Assembly (NCBI GenBank): GCA_035625085.1
Contig: DASPQG010000041.1
Coordinates: forward strand, 1-53,615
Length of the DNA: 53,615 nt
Source: Thermoplasmata archaeon
GTDB lineage: Archaea > Thermoplasmatota > Thermoplasmata > Lutacidiplasmatales > UBA184
Reading direction: 5' to 3'
Shown here: one piece after another, positions 53,367 through 53,615 of the stretch
Position numbering within the stretch: position 1 is the first letter of the stretch
Layout: each line of letters starts with the position of its first letter
Translations under genes and position numbers: made by a program
The notes under the pieces: generated by a model
Seen by the model: the letters and a program-made list of their open reading frames with translations, nothing else
Database searches by the model: none
Told to the model about the DNA's origin: nothing

Positions 53367-53615
53367 CGTCGTCCCTCTCGCGCCGAACGGCGCATGACGT
53401 ATATGGGGAACCCCCCGAGACGGCGGTACGCGGGCGCTCCGGCCGGGAGGATTGTTCCCCAGCCGTAACGACCACCCTCACGGTAGGCGCACGCCCTCTC
53501 CGGGGTCTGACCCCGGCTGGGGGTATCGGACACCGGGGTTGTCCTCACGTCATCCTCGGCGGACGACCCGTCCGCGTAGAGTCGAGAGGGACCCTTCGTC
53601 GGTACCCGGGCGCAG

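Noticed and set aside
53405-53615. Considered whether this region is an SRP (7S) RNA or RNase P RNA fragment.
   Set aside because: The minus strand has GGUCAGACCCCGGAGAGGG, which vaguely resembles SRP helix 8. It lacks the conserved AGCA on the 3' side, and no GGAAAGUCC-type RNase P element is present. Kept only as an unassigned structured region.
1-53615. Searched by eye for CRISPR arrays, tRNA/rRNA genes, transposases, integrases, toxin-antitoxin pairs and known defence-system genes.
   Set aside because: None found. There are no spaced direct repeats, no tRNA-like T-arm or anticodon structures in the intergenic gaps, and no recombinase motifs. A tRNAscan/cmscan run would be needed to be certain.

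Overview
High-GC (~68%) archaeal chromosomal segment. Archaeal markers are ribosomal protein L40e, a KEOPS Pcc1-like protein, archease, geranylgeranyl reductase with its ferredoxin, Lrp/AsnC and HTH_10 (Bat-type) regulators, and TATA-box promoters. I found no rRNA, tRNA, CRISPR array, integrase or transposase. Lineage cannot be assigned from sequence alone.

About 54 protein genes are supportable:
- Cell surface: two tandem giant Kelch-propeller proteins and one S-layer-like glycoprotein, all sequon-rich and C-terminally anchored.
- Respiration and N-oxide metabolism: a three-domain copper nitrite reductase (NirK with an N-terminal cupredoxin) and cytochrome bd oxidase (cydAB).
- Nickel: a NiCoT permease with NikR.
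- Redox and lipid: flavin reductase, TrxB, ferredoxin and GGR.
- Housekeeping: IleRS, L40e, archease, a serine-pathway pair and a MoxR ATPase.
- Regulation and modification: three GNAT acetyltransferases and two HTH_10 regulators.

Most interesting observations:
1. An unannotatable operon divergent from cydAB. It encodes two paralogous secreted proteins with a shared four-cysteine signature (both end in C-x-STT-x-CP) plus a two-TM membrane protein.
2. The Kelch proteins carry an N-glycosylation sequon at a similar position after the kelch core in most blades.
3. At two junctions a conserved downstream gene (PiT transporter, Pcc1-like) has no ATG/GTG/TTG near its N terminus. In both, the gene begins at a CTG that overlaps the upstream stop as CTGACG.
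4. Two 14-bp perfect CCG-N8-CGG palindromes lie next to the two HTH_10 regulators, one of them upstream of nirK.
5. A TTTAA-type box sits 27-32 nt before the start codon of many genes, which suggests leaderless mRNAs. I used this spacing to refine several start sites.

The many long antisense ORFs in the track are high-GC artefacts.
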